Shown: positions 11,396-21,221, counted from the stretch's first letter. The stretch is 64,000 nucleotides of DNA from Candidatus Moraniibacteriota bacterium (GCA_040772365.1 JAXGYI010000002.1:2762-66761); one strand, 5' to 3'. Translations and numbers: made by a program. Notes: generated by a model from the sequence alone, not told the origin.

Positions 11396-12643
11396 ATGCA
11401 AAAAACGGTCATAATAGTTGAACATGACACGCCAAAAGAATTTTTGTTAAAAAAAGCAAAGGAAAGAGGGTATCGTGTTGTGATGGTTGCAAATAGTCAG
11501 AATGAACTGTTTAATAAATATCTTCCCAATGAAGATGTTTTAATCACTGATGTTTTCAATTTGCACACAATTCTGGAAGATGTGCTATTTTTTGTGAAAA
11601 AAAATAACTTGCATATAGATGCGGTAGGAACATTTAGTGAAGAACTTGTTGTAGCAGCATCAGACATTGCGCAATCTTTGGGATGCAAAGGAATTGGACA
11701 ACTAGCAAGTAGAAGAACTTCAAGCAATAAACTGGCCATGAGAATGAGATTAGATGAAGTGGGAATTATGCAACCTGCATTCTCAGCGTTCAATATTTTT
11801 GAAGATAATGATGACATGCTGCGTAGTTTTCCAAAGCCCTGTGTTATAAAGCCGATTTTTGGCACTTCAAGTCATGGCGTTATTCTGATTGAAGAAAATG
11901 ATTTTGATTACAAAAAAATACAAGAAATAGTTAAAGCGACGGTGAATCGTAAATGTAGAGAAGCATTTCGAAGATTTCGCGGAAACATGCTTGTGGAAGA
12001 ATATATTCCTGGAGATATGATATCTGTTGATGGATTTGTTAATGATGGAAAGGTATCTATTATTGGCACCTTGGAATTTATAATGGGGAAAGAGCCATAT
12101 TTTACACAAACAGCGAGTTATATTCCGGCACGTTTATCAAAATCGCAAAATGGTAATATCCAAACATATGTTAATAATGTCATACATGCATTAGATTTTG
12201 ATTGCGCTCCATTTCATATGGAAATTCGAATAAAAAATGAAAAACCACATTTGGTGGAAATTGCCGGCAGAATGGCTGGAGCCACAATTCATGAAGCTTA
12301 TGATAAAGTTTATGGAATTGATATGATTGGCTTGATGTTTGACTGTTGGTTTGGAGAATTATCATTTCCAAAGTATCAACATAAGGGAATCAATTATCAT
12401 GAGTTATTTTATCCGAAAATTAATGATACTTGTATATTAAGCGAGGTAAAGGGCATCGACGATATAAGAAAAGAAAAAGATATATGGCATTTCAAAATGA
12501 TATCCGATAAAGGTGACACCTTAAAAACATATCCTAATTTGCCAACCCCACTATTTGAATATGCAATTTTTTCAAAGAATTTTGCTGAAATTGAAAGAAT
12601 TAAAGATATGATAAAAAAAATGATTACGTATGATATCCAATAA
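11396..12643 (+). CDS. ATP-grasp ligase (L-amino acid ligase-like)
   Basis: NKLAMR, PCVIKPIFGTSSHGV, LVEEYIPG, FHMEIR, VEIAGRMAG. Confidence 0.88.
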   Translation: MQKTVIIVEHDTPKEFLLKKAKERGYRVVMVANSQNELFNKYLPNEDVLITDVFNLHTILEDVLFFVKKNNLHIDAVGTFSEELVVAASDIAQSLGCKGIGQLASRRTSSNKLAMRMRLDEVGIMQPAFSAFNIFEDNDDMLRSFPKPCVIKPIFGTSSHGVILIEENDFDYKKIQEIVKATVNRKCREAFRRFRGNMLVEEYIPGDMISVDGFVNDGKVSIIGTLEFIMGKEPYFTQTASYIPARLSKSQNGNIQTYVNNVIHALDFDCAPFHMEIRIKNEKPHLVEIAGRMAGATIHEAYDKVYGIDMIGLMFDCWFGELSFPKYQHKGINYHELFYPKINDTCILSEVKGIDDIRKEKDIWHFKMISDKGDTLKTYPNLPTPLFEYAIFSKNFAEIERIKDMIKKMITYDIQ

Positions 12644-12666
12644 GTTTTATAATTGAGAATACGGCA

Positions 12667-13135
12667 ATGAAAACTATTTATCTAGGATGTGATCACGCGG
12701 GATTTGATTTTAAAGAAAAGGTGAAGAACTATCTAATTAAGAAAAAATTTGATGTTGTAGATTTTGGCACATATACATACAATGAATATGACGATTACCC
12801 AGATTTTTTACATCCTGTAGCTCAGGCGCTTTCGCAAAATCCACAGGAGAGAGCAATAATTTTTGGAGGTTCTGGCATGGGGGAGTCGATATTGTTGAAC
12901 AAATATAACGGTATACGTTGTGGCGTATGGTATGGAGGTGATAAGTCAATAATTGCAAACTATAGAGGAACATGATGATATTAACGCTATAGCTATTGCA
13001 TCGCGCTATGTGAATGAGGATATATTGTATGATATTGTTGATGTTTTTTTAAGCACAGATTTTATTAAAGAGGAAAAATATATTCGTAGACTGAATAAGA
13101 TTGAAAATAAATTTAAAACCGAAAAGGGAGTGTGA
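12667..13135 (+). pseudogene. rpiB: RpiB/LacAB family sugar-phosphate isomerase, frameshifted near 12967
   Basis: IYLGCDHAGFDFKE, DDYPD, GGSGMGE; deleting one G gives REHDDIN and joins to 12953..13135. Confidence 0.8.
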
Positions 13136-13150
13136 CCCTTTTCGGTTTTA
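13114..13150. terminator. Bidirectional intrinsic terminator between convergent island genes
   Basis: TAAAACCGAAAAGGG-loop-CCCTTTTCGGTTTTA. Confidence 0.8.
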
Positions 13151-13152
13151 AT

Positions 13153-14214
13153 CTAGATGGCATATAGTTTTGCGAACATCTCTGAGCCAAAACCGCTTGA
13201 ACAAAAAACCATCTTATGATTATTGAGTAGTCCTTTTATCCAATCCTTGGCGCCACCATCAATTAAAGAACATCTCTTACCATTCATATTTTCTGCGGAT
13301 ATTTTGAAACATAATCCGCTATGATAACCAAGACCAGCTGACCTTTCCAAATGATACTGGAAAAGAATATCTGGATAGCTATTGGCAAGTTCTTTAATCT
13401 TTGGGTCAAATAATTGGAATAGTCGAAGCTCGTCTGTGATGTCAATTACCTCGCTTGATGTTGAATCTATCTCATTCGGATTAATAGTTGCCGGAATATC
13501 AATGCCAAGACTTTTAAAAGTCGGTTTTTCATCCGTCCGAATTGACTTCGAAAATGCATTCCTATCGATGTTTAACCACTGGACAACCTTCTCCATGATG
13601 TGCGTATTGGATATTGAAACCTTGATGTTTTTCAGAAAATATTTTCCTGAAGAATTCAAAGCATTCAATATCATCAGCCATGAAAATATATGGCTTCCAA
13701 TCAAGTCTAAAATTATCTGGGAATCAGAGTTTTTTTGAGTACTTGATAGGGCAAATCCACGAAAGTGCTGTGTCAGGTTTGATTCAAGTGAAAATTTTTG
13801 CATCCTTACCATTCGACCACTTGTTGCAAAGCATAAGGGACTAACAGAATCAGTCCATTTTTTTGCAGATTCTAATGCGAGTAGTATTGTGATATCAGCA
13901 AGCACCTCAACATCTTTAATGGTTGATAGTACTGTTTTTTGGCTAATCTCACTGAGCGTGCTACTTGCACCAATTGGTGCAAGGGGTGAAAAATCAAGAA
14001 GCTCAAATTCATGAGGAAGAGCTTCTAGAATAACACTATCTACATTAAATAACGTACGTGCATTAGTTGAACATGGTCCCACAAAAGCATTTCTCTCGTA
14101 GTTTTGACGAATATCCGAATGTTTAAGGCTTTTGACCTTTTCAAAAACAATAGATAACAGGTAAGAATAAAACTTACTCCACCTCATTGTGATGATATCT
14201 TCTGATTTATTCAT
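13153..14214 (-). CDS. Hypothetical protein with class II aaRS-like motifs
   Basis: RMVRMQKF...HFRGF (motif 2-like), GLGYHSGLCFKI, LIDGG, SSGFGSE (motif 3-like); SD GAGGAGG. Confidence 0.6.
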   Translation of the reverse strand: MNKSEDIITMRWSKFYSYLLSIVFEKVKSLKHSDIRQNYERNAFVGPCSTNARTLFNVDSVILEALPHEFELLDFSPLAPIGASSTLSEISQKTVLSTIKDVEVLADITILLALESAKKWTDSVSPLCFATSGRMVRMQKFSLESNLTQHFRGFALSSTQKNSDSQIILDLIGSHIFSWLMILNALNSSGKYFLKNIKVSISNTHIMEKVVQWLNIDRNAFSKSIRTDEKPTFKSLGIDIPATINPNEIDSTSSEVIDITDELRLFQLFDPKIKELANSYPDILFQYHLERSAGLGYHSGLCFKISAENMNGKRCSLIDGGAKDWIKGLLNNHKMVFCSSGFGSEMFAKLYAI

Positions 14215-14382
14215 TTTTCACCTCCTCGGTTGTTAAGGTTCTTGACTGGTGATTCTATATCTTTACAGTACAATTGTCAATTTGATAATATTGACTGATG
14301 TGGTTATTTCTGCTAACCTGTTTTGAAGGCAAAAATAGTGATTTTGTACGTTAACATCATAAGATATTGGGAGGCTCATATT

Positions 14383-15234
14383 ATGAACGCCACAATTTTA
14401 TATGGACTTTTAGAGGCCGCATTTATTGCAAAAACAATGAGTGATAGTTGGGCTAAGTATATGAGCGAAGTTGGTGATTATTTGTGTGGAAATTTCATGC
14501 ATCGCTCAATGGGATTGGTTTGCGATAATGCTTCAGAAATCGAATATGTATACACAGCAGTATTTCCAGAAAAAAGTATTATGCAAGCGATATTAGATTC
14601 AGGACAAAAAAACGCATTGCTATTTGTGCATCACCCATCTGTTTGGAGTTATATAAACGCAAAGTTTACATATGTACAAATGGAAAGAAAGCTTTTGCAG
14701 GAATTCAAAAACAGGAATATATCAATATACTGTTTGCATGTTCCTCTGGATGCCTTCGGAAACTATTCTACGGGTGTAACGCTTGCAAATGCATTGGGTT
14801 TTGATATAGAAAGTTCGTTTGGTCAATATCGCGGGGCGGAGTGTGGAGTTATTGCAAAAACAAATCTCCATGATGTACATGACTTAACAAATGTTTTATC
14901 AAGAATTATTGGACATAGCGCAAAGCTGTATTCGTATGGCGGTTCTGACAATAAGAATGGTAGTGTTGCAATATTGCCGGGAGGTGGAAACGATATTGCC
15001 TTCATCAAAGAGGTTTACCAAATTGGTGTTAATACTGTCATTGTGGGAGTTTCTTCTTTGAACCAAGACACTTACACTGCGCATGAGTTCGAAAAAGATA
15101 AGGGGATTAATTTGATTGGGGGAACGCATTACTCAACGGAAAAATTTGCATGTGAAGCGATGTGTTCATTTTTTCACAATATTGGAATTCAATCAGTATT
15201 TATTCCTGGAAATCCGTTAATGTTAGACTTATAA
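14383..15234 (+). CDS. Nif3-like dinuclear metal-centre protein
   Basis: FVHHP, HVPLD, VAILPGGG, GGTHYSTE; SD GGAGG. Confidence 0.8.
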   Translation: MNATILYGLLEAAFIAKTMSDSWAKYMSEVGDYLCGNFMHRSMGLVCDNASEIEYVYTAVFPEKSIMQAILDSGQKNALLFVHHPSVWSYINAKFTYVQMERKLLQEFKNRNISIYCLHVPLDAFGNYSTGVTLANALGFDIESSFGQYRGAECGVIAKTNLHDVHDLTNVLSRIIGHSAKLYSYGGSDNKNGSVAILPGGGNDIAFIKEVYQIGVNTVIVGVSSLNQDTYTAHEFEKDKGINLIGGTHYSTEKFACEAMCSFFHNIGIQSVFIPGNPLMLDL

Positions 15235-15353
15235 GAAAGGAGGGTTAATACAAAAAGCCGCAATCAATTGATTTATGAATTGTGGCTTTTTTAATTAGAA
15301 TGTGATATTATATTGGTGGTCAAACATCAATTTACACGAAGGAGGATACAACG

Positions 15354-15506
15354 ATGACAATTGACATGTTAGACCGACAAGAGCTCGACGATGTAAAACT
15401 GGCTCGTATGCACCTTGAAGCGTATAATGCCATGATGGAAGCAAGACGAAATTATGAACCATTTGCAGGAATTTGGAACCGCATTCGCCGCATTTTTTGC
15501 AAATGA
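15354..15506 (+). CDS. Small 50-aa hypothetical protein (not in ORF track)
   Basis: AAGGAGG SD, then MTIDMLDRQELDDVKLARMHLEAYNAMMEARRNYEPFAGIWNRIRRIFCK*. Confidence 0.55.
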   Translation: MTIDMLDRQELDDVKLARMHLEAYNAMMEARRNYEPFAGIWNRIRRIFCK

Positions 15507-15589
15507 TGAATAAAATCGCCTATCTCACAAAAATACTCTTATACCGCGTATGGGAGTATAATCTTTAAAAAATTAATATTATCTCACGA

Positions 15590-15729
15590 ATCACCTCATT
15601 TTTAGGGAGATTAGGTGACGAGAGTTGATGGTCAACATCAGGTTCTCAAAACCCATAAGGTCGTTTGCACATCTTTTAGTGTGCAATCGCGACTCAAGAT
15701 AGACGTATAGGACTAACCGTAAAAGACAG
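15590..15729 (+). repeat. 140-bp direct repeat, copy 2 (degenerate 16S 3' end + trailer)
   Basis: ATCACCTCATTTTTAGGGAGATTAGG...TAACCGTAAAAGACAG matches 6937..7076. Confidence 0.95.
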
Positions 15730-15825
15730 TGAACAAAAATACATAACAAAGAGCACGGGCTTTTTGTTGTTTATTTTTGTTCGTTAGAAAATTTAAAAAA
15801 ATATCCACATACGAAGGAGGGGTGG

Positions 15826-16200
15826 ATGGATATTTATGGAAAACTTGAGAATGTGCGAAACACCCAAGAGGTTTCGCATTGGCACTTGACGTTCACAAAG
15901 AAGGTGCCAAAGGGTGTTCTCACCATTGGCAACCGATGGGTGGTGACGCTTAACCACCATAGTGGAGAAGCGCTTTTTGATCGGAACGGTTTCCAAGTCC
16001 GATTTGGATCCAAACCAATCGGACAGCCAGCAGAAGAGGAAGCTGCACTACTAAAAGTGTTTTATCAGCTTCTACACCTATTTAGTATCGGGATTGATGC
16101 TGCTCCAGTTGAATTGGAGTATATGGTGGATGAGGATATTGGCAAATTTCTCCTCAACCGCTCGATCACGGCTTCTCTGGAGCCACTGAGGTTGTCATAA
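15826..16200 (+). CDS. Hypothetical protein
   Basis: 124-aa ORF with strong SD AAGGAGG. Confidence 0.6.
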   Translation: MDIYGKLENVRNTQEVSHWHLTFTKKVPKGVLTIGNRWVVTLNHHSGEALFDRNGFQVRFGSKPIGQPAEEEAALLKVFYQLLHLFSIGIDAAPVELEYMVDEDIGKFLLNRSITASLEPLRLS

Positions 16201-16276
16201 TTTTTCCTCCCGAGGTATAGCTATTTTTTTTGGACAGTGGCTGCCCAGTACTTCAGGAGGAATTTTGTTGTAGAGA

Positions 16277-16352
16277 GTGCACGTAACTCAATTGGGAGAG
16301 TGCCTGTATGATAAGCAGGTGGTTGCGGGTTCGAATCCCGTCGTGCGCTCCA
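16277..16352 (+). tRNA. tRNA-Ile(GAT), atypical
   Basis: Acceptor GTGCACG/CGTGCGC, D stem ACTC/GAGT, anticodon arm CCTGT-ATGATAA-GCAGG, T arm GCGGG-TTCGAAT-CCCGT, TCCA end. Confidence 0.8.
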
Positions 16353-16580
16353 ATATGCAGCGTAATACCATGTGTGCTGCATAAGCAATACTGCTTATAG
16401 ATTATAGAACCGGTTCGTTAATAACGTGCCGGTTTTTTCTATAGGTGAATGGTTGTATGATACTAGGAGAGATCTAATGTACGCGACATCATACTATATA
16501 AAAACATAGTAATGCTATGGAAGGTTTATCACGAGACTTTTGTAAACTCAGTGTGCAATAAAGTGATAGAGGGTGATTAT

Positions 16581-17590
16581 TGTTAACATTGCAGCAAAAC
16601 AGGTAACACTTTTATTAATAAAGGTGTATGCTAAAACGTTATTTTTAGCATAAAACCTCATGAATACCTACGATCCGCGATATATGCAATTACAACAGGA
16701 AAAATTGGAAATGATCATAGTAAAGCGACAGAGCGTCAGATCTGTCGCCAAAGAGCTTTCCGTATCACGAAAAACCATTTACCAGTGGTTGGTACGATAC
16801 AAAACATATGGATTGGACGGATTAAGAAAACAAAAGAGAAAGAAGTATCCCATAGCCCATAACAGAACAAAACAGCATATTGAAAAGACCGTAATCTTTG
16901 TTGCAAGGCAATTCCACACCGAAGGTGTGGAATCTCTTTCAGATATCCTTTATGCGGAATATGGCATTACGCTGCACTCCACGACAATTTACAGGATTCT
17001 TAAAAGAAACAATATCAGATACGGACCATATCATGCCCATACACACAAAAGATGGAAAAAGAAGCTGTATGCACATAGAATACCGGGATCGGAGCTCCAA
17101 ATGGATACGATGTATCCATTTGGATACAAAGCAGGGAAGGTTGTTTACACGATTATTGATGATGCAAGTAGATGGTCATATGTCAAAACATATGATAGAG
17201 CAAATGGTACAAATACTGTCGATTTTTTAACCAACGTCATCAAAAGATCATATTGTGACATTTATAAAATTCGTACAGATCATGGAACAGAATTTATCAA
17301 TGCAAAAACACAAGATTTTCTTAAAAACAACAATATTGTCCATAGAAGAAATACTGTAGGATGTCCAGAGCAAAATGGGAAAATCGAACGATTCCATCAA
17401 ACGCTCAAGAGAGCTTTCAGGTACCATATTCCGTATGACAGTTCTATTGATTCCATGCAATACAAGCTTATCTTGTTCATGCAGTATTACAATTATACAA
17501 AAAGACATCGGGGACTTGGCATGCATGGGCTAACGCCCATGCAAAAGCTGAATGAATTAAGAAGTGTTACCTTGACGCTGCAATGTCACA
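16581..17590 (+). mobile_element. IS481-family insertion sequence
   Basis: TGT...ACA ends; imperfect IRs sharing ACATTGCAGC and AGGTAACACTT; ATTAT target duplication on both sides. Confidence 0.92.
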
Positions 17591-17598
17591 ATTATTGA
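16660..17598 (+). CDS. IS481-family DDE transposase
   Basis: N-terminal HTH, QMDT, IDDASR, TDHGTEF, NGKIERFH; stop codon lies in flanking DNA. Confidence 0.93.
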   Translation: MNTYDPRYMQLQQEKLEMIIVKRQSVRSVAKELSVSRKTIYQWLVRYKTYGLDGLRKQKRKKYPIAHNRTKQHIEKTVIFVARQFHTEGVESLSDILYAEYGITLHSTTIYRILKRNNIRYGPYHAHTHKRWKKKLYAHRIPGSELQMDTMYPFGYKAGKVVYTIIDDASRWSYVKTYDRANGTNTVDFLTNVIKRSYCDIYKIRTDHGTEFINAKTQDFLKNNNIVHRRNTVGCPEQNGKIERFHQTLKRAFRYHIPYDSSIDSMQYKLILFMQYYNYTKRHRGLGMHGLTPMQKLNELRSVTLTLQCHNY

Positions 17599-17623
17599 CA
17601 ATACCCATAATATGTGATATAAT
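17595..17623 (+). promoter_or_regulatory. Sigma70 promoter of the sortase gene
   Basis: TTGACA-17 nt-TATAAT with TGn extension. Confidence 0.75.
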
Positions 17624-17666
17624 TGCACATTAACGTAGTATCTCGTATGATTTTTAGCGATATTGT

Positions 17667-18686
17667 ATGAATAAGCGTATTATTGCTACAATTTTGATTT
17701 TTGTCCTGACGTTTGGTCTGATCTATGGCATGCTCTCCGGGGGCATGGCGGTGTTTTCACGTCGTTCGGTGGCATATGATACGGAATCGGAAAAGACAAC
17801 TAAGGATTTTGGTATTCCCAAGGCGTGGCAAGAGAGGTATGGTGTGAGTGTGTTGTCGGAGGTGGATCTCTTGCGCGATGACGACAATGACGGGTTGACG
17901 CTGAAAGAGGAATACATTCACAATACGGATCCCAATAATCCTGACACGGATGGTGACGGCTATAATGACGGGCGCGAAGTTGCTAATGGATACAATCCCG
18001 CAGGCGATGGCATTTTGGATGAGAATAAAAACGGCATTCCCGATAAATACGAAAAAGATGCCGCCGGCAATATCATTGCAGACACGGATGAGGATGTGGA
18101 TGGCGACGGTTTAAGCGCGCATGAGGAATACTTGTTTGGCACGGATCCCAATAATCCTGACACGGATGGTGACGGCTATAATGACGGGCGCGAAGTTGCT
18201 AATGGCTATGACCCTACGGTGCCGGGTGACGCGCGTATTGCCGTGACGATTGAGATTGCCAAAATTGATGTGAAGGTGCCAGTGGTGCTTGCCAAGAGCG
18301 ATGATGAGAAAACACTGGAAAGCGATCTGAATTTTGGCGTGATCCACTATCCTGGCACACCGCTGCCCGGACAGCGCGGCAACGCCTACATTGCTGGACA
18401 CAGCAGTAACTACTCGTGGTCCAAAGGTAAATACAACTATGTGTTTAAGCGATTGAATGAAGTGCAGGAGGGTGATGTGATCACCGTACGCTTCCTCCTT
18501 CACAATCGCAAAGAGATTATCTATAGCTATCTTGTGCAGACCAATGTGGAGACGGCACCGGATGATCCCCGCATCTTTGAGCAAGGGTATTCCAAGGAGT
18601 TAACGCTGACAACATGTTGGCCGCTCGGTTCCGATGCACGTCGCTTGATGGTGAAGGCAGTCTTGCAAAATGACGACACGAACTAA
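17667..18686 (+). CDS. Sortase with N-terminal membrane anchor and DxDGDG calcium-binding (TSP3-like) repeats
   Basis: [13 protein letters not shown] repeats; [23 protein letters not shown] catalytic motifs. Confidence 0.9.
   Translation: MNKRIIATILIFVLTFGLIYGMLSGGMAVFSRRSVAYDTESEKTTKDFGIPKAWQERYGVSVLSEVDLLRDDDNDGLTLKEEYIHNTDPNNPDTDGDGYNDGREVANGYNPAGDGILDENKNGIPDKYEKDAAGNIIADTDEDVDGDGLSAHEEYLFGTDPNNPDTDGDGYNDGREVANGYDPTVPGDARIAVTIEIAKIDVKVPVVLAKSDDEKTLESDLNFGVIHYPGTPLPGQRGNAYIAGHSSNYSWSKGKYNYVFKRLNEVQEGDVITVRFLLHNRKEIIYSYLVQTNVETAPDDPRIFEQGYSKELTLTTCWPLGSDARRLMVKAVLQNDDTN
17925..18205 (+). repeat. Identical 65-bp intragenic duplication (17925..17989 and 18141..18205)
   Basis: ACGGATCCCAATAATCCTGACACG...GTTGCTAATGG present twice. 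Confidence 0.9.
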
Positions 18687-18723
18687 TATGTGGAGTGTAT
18701 GTGACACGGAGCGCGTGACGGGT

Positions 18724-19671
18724 TGTACAGTTAACAGTCAATGGTAACACTCTCTAGATACTTCTCATGAGGAGTCTTTCCATGTAATGATAAATGAATC
18801 CTTTCAAAATTGTAGTATTCCAACCATTTGTACGGATCCTTCCAAATATTGCCCATATTCTGGTAGTACTCTTCATCCATAGTACGATGTACTCTTTCTA
18901 CTTTCCCATTCCACCATGGAGACTTTTTAGGAATAAAGTAGTGAGGAATATCAATTTTGGTAAGCCATCTGTGGAATTCTCCTCGAAATTCACTTCCATT
19001 ATCAGTCTGTACAGATAGGATTTTAAACTTAAAATATCTTTCAGCATGTCGAAAAGCTGTAATAGCATTCGTACTTTCTTTTGTAGAAAATACAGTAAAA
19101 TGATACTTTTCCGTATAGGGATCAAAGACACTAAACTGGTAGTCTTTTTCCTAATCCTCCATAGACATACTTTACATCCATTTGTACGCCTATCCTCGGC
19201 TTATCTATCACCAATCTTTCTTTGAGTGGTGCGTACCATGGTAGCTTTCTCTGTGGCTTCCTGATAAGCATTCTTCTCTTGTAGTAGCGATAGATAATGG
19301 TAGTGGAGATATCTATACCCAATTCTCTCAAAACAAGCATTTTCATCTTCAAAGGTCCATAGTTTGTTTTCTTTTTTCTTTCTCAATAAAATTTCGAACT
19401 TCCCATGTCAACTTTGTATTTCTCCGTATACAAGAGTAAGTAGTGTTACCAGTTAGACCAAAATCTCTTTTCCTCCAAAGATAATAGGTTTTTCTTGATA
19501 TATTAAATATCTGGCATGTCTCTTTCACTGACTTATGATACCTATCCACTGACTGATACCAGAGAATACGCTTTTCTTTTTGATAACTTGGCTTTGGTCC
19601 AGGCATAGTGTTTTAGTTAACAGTGTTACCTTTTAGCATACCAAGTGTTACCGGATAGTGTTAACTGTACA
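18724..19671 (-). mobile_element. Second IS481-family element with fragmented transposase
   Basis: IRs TGTACAGTTAACA..GGTAACACT at both ends; CGGGT target duplication; fragments 19349..19606 (HTH) and 19131..19352 (VQMDVK). Confidence 0.88.
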
Positions 19672-19713
19672 CGGGTTTTCTCGTTCGCGCTTTTTGTGGT
19701 ACACTTGGCGTAT

Positions 19714-21126
19714 ATGATGTTCCATAAGGTTGTATGTGGTGTGTGTGCTGTGGTACTGACAATGGGCTTGTTGAGTCCTGTTTTTGTGACTGCCAAGAAT
19801 ACATGCACCGTTGCAAAAGATGGCGATGCGGAGTATAAAAGTATCGCAAAAGCACTGGAAAAAGAGTGTACGGATATTCGTGTGCGTGAAGGGGTGTACC
19901 ATGACGCCATCACAATTGATAAAGATGTGACGGTGCGTGGGGATGACAAGAAGAAAGTGACGATTATTGGTGATGTTACAATGAAAAGCGGTGCACAGCT
20001 TCGCAACGTTACCGTCAAGGCTGCACGCGGTGTTACGGCGGTGGAGGGTGCTACTGTTACCATTACGGACACGGTGATTGTCGGTGCAAAAATTGGCATA
20101 CGTGCAGCGGGTGGTGGCAAAGTTACGCTTGACGATGTTACGGTGCGCGATGGCGGCAAGGGGATGTATATGCAATTCGGCACTAAAGTCGCCATTAAAA
20201 ACTGCAGGGTGGAAGATAACGCAGAGGAGGGTATTGATCTGCGTGCCAATACCGATGGCAGTATTACGGGTTGCACAATTGTCGGCAATGGTGAGAGTGG
20301 TATTGAAGTCATTCTGGGGCGATCCAACCTGACCATTAGTGGCAATACCATCAAAAAGAACAAATCAAGTGGTATTGCTACGCAATTCTATCCGGAGGCA
20401 AAAAAGGAAGGTGATGTACGTATCACCAAAAACACCATTACCGGCAACAGTCACTATGCCATCAACTGCAAAAAACCAAGCGGTGGCAAGTCGCATGCGG
20501 GCTACTGGGATAATTCGCTGACGATGACTGGTAATACAATGTCCGGTAATAAGCACGGTGATTTTTCGGATGCGTGCAAGCTTGCTGATCAGACAATGGA
20601 GCATGCCACAATGACAAGGGCGGAAATCGCTGAGGCACAAGCGCGCCTGGAGGAAGAGCAGCGCAAGAAGGAGGAGGCGATTGCGGCGGCAAAGACGGAG
20701 CGACAGAAGGCGGCGGAGCAAAAAGCACAAGAGGAGCAGGCGCGCCAAGAAGAAGAGCGGCGTCGCAAGGAACAGGAAGAGCATGATGCGCGCACAGTGG
20801 TGGATGCAGAGGCGCGCTTGGGGGAAATTGTCGCGTTACAAGAGATGGCGCGCACTTTGCAAGAGCGCATGACCTCACGCCCGGCATGGAAAGTCTTTTT
20901 TGTGGGTGTGGATAAAGTAGCCTCTGGACAAATTGCAGAAAGTGTGCTACAACAAAGACAGAACGTTCAAGAAGTGCATGCGCTTATCGCTACGATCGGC
21001 GACATAGCACAACACGATGATCTTGCAGCCCGTGCAGATGACGTTGCACATGTTGCAGACGAACTTGAAGATTTTCTCGTCCAACAGCAAGAACGCTTTA
21101 GTCTCTTTGGGTGGATGAGGAAGTAA
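19714..21126 (+). CDS. Secreted right-handed beta-helix protein with coiled-coil C-terminal region
   Basis: Signal peptide, YKSIAKAL...VREGVY, repeated N..GI / ITxNTI, E/K/R/Q-rich helix. Confidence 0.8.
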   Translation: MMFHKVVCGVCAVVLTMGLLSPVFVTAKNTCTVAKDGDAEYKSIAKALEKECTDIRVREGVYHDAITIDKDVTVRGDDKKKVTIIGDVTMKSGAQLRNVTVKAARGVTAVEGATVTITDTVIVGAKIGIRAAGGGKVTLDDVTVRDGGKGMYMQFGTKVAIKNCRVEDNAEEGIDLRANTDGSITGCTIVGNGESGIEVILGRSNLTISGNTIKKNKSSGIATQFYPEAKKEGDVRITKNTITGNSHYAINCKKPSGGKSHAGYWDNSLTMTGNTMSGNKHGDFSDACKLADQTMEHATMTRAEIAEAQARLEEEQRKKEEAIAAAKTERQKAAEQKAQEEQARQEEERRRKEQEEHDARTVVDAEARLGEIVALQEMARTLQERMTSRPAWKVFFVGVDKVASGQIAESVLQQRQNVQEVHALIATIGDIAQHDDLAARADDVAHVADELEDFLVQQQERFSLFGWMRK

Positions 21127-21221
21127 AAAGATACTACCATATACAACAAGGGGGTTTGTTCCTTTAAAAACTCTCTAAATACATAAAAACAGGGATCCGA
21201 CAGGGATCCGAGGAGGGTGAC

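Larger units (their letters stand above)
7077..15589. mobile_element. AT-rich genomic island bounded by direct repeats at the 16S 3' end (no integrase seen)
   Basis: Flanking 140-bp repeats, visible composition shift, accessory cargo, SRAP remnant. Confidence 0.7.

Noticed and set aside
16581-19671. Composite transposon carrying the sortase gene
   Set aside because: The two IS differ in sequence and each has its own target duplication (ATTAT; CGGGT), indicating independent insertions.
21190-21211. Tandem 11-bp repeat CAGGGATCCGA x2 before a small gene
   Set aside because: Only two copies; most simply a slippage duplication, with no other support for function.
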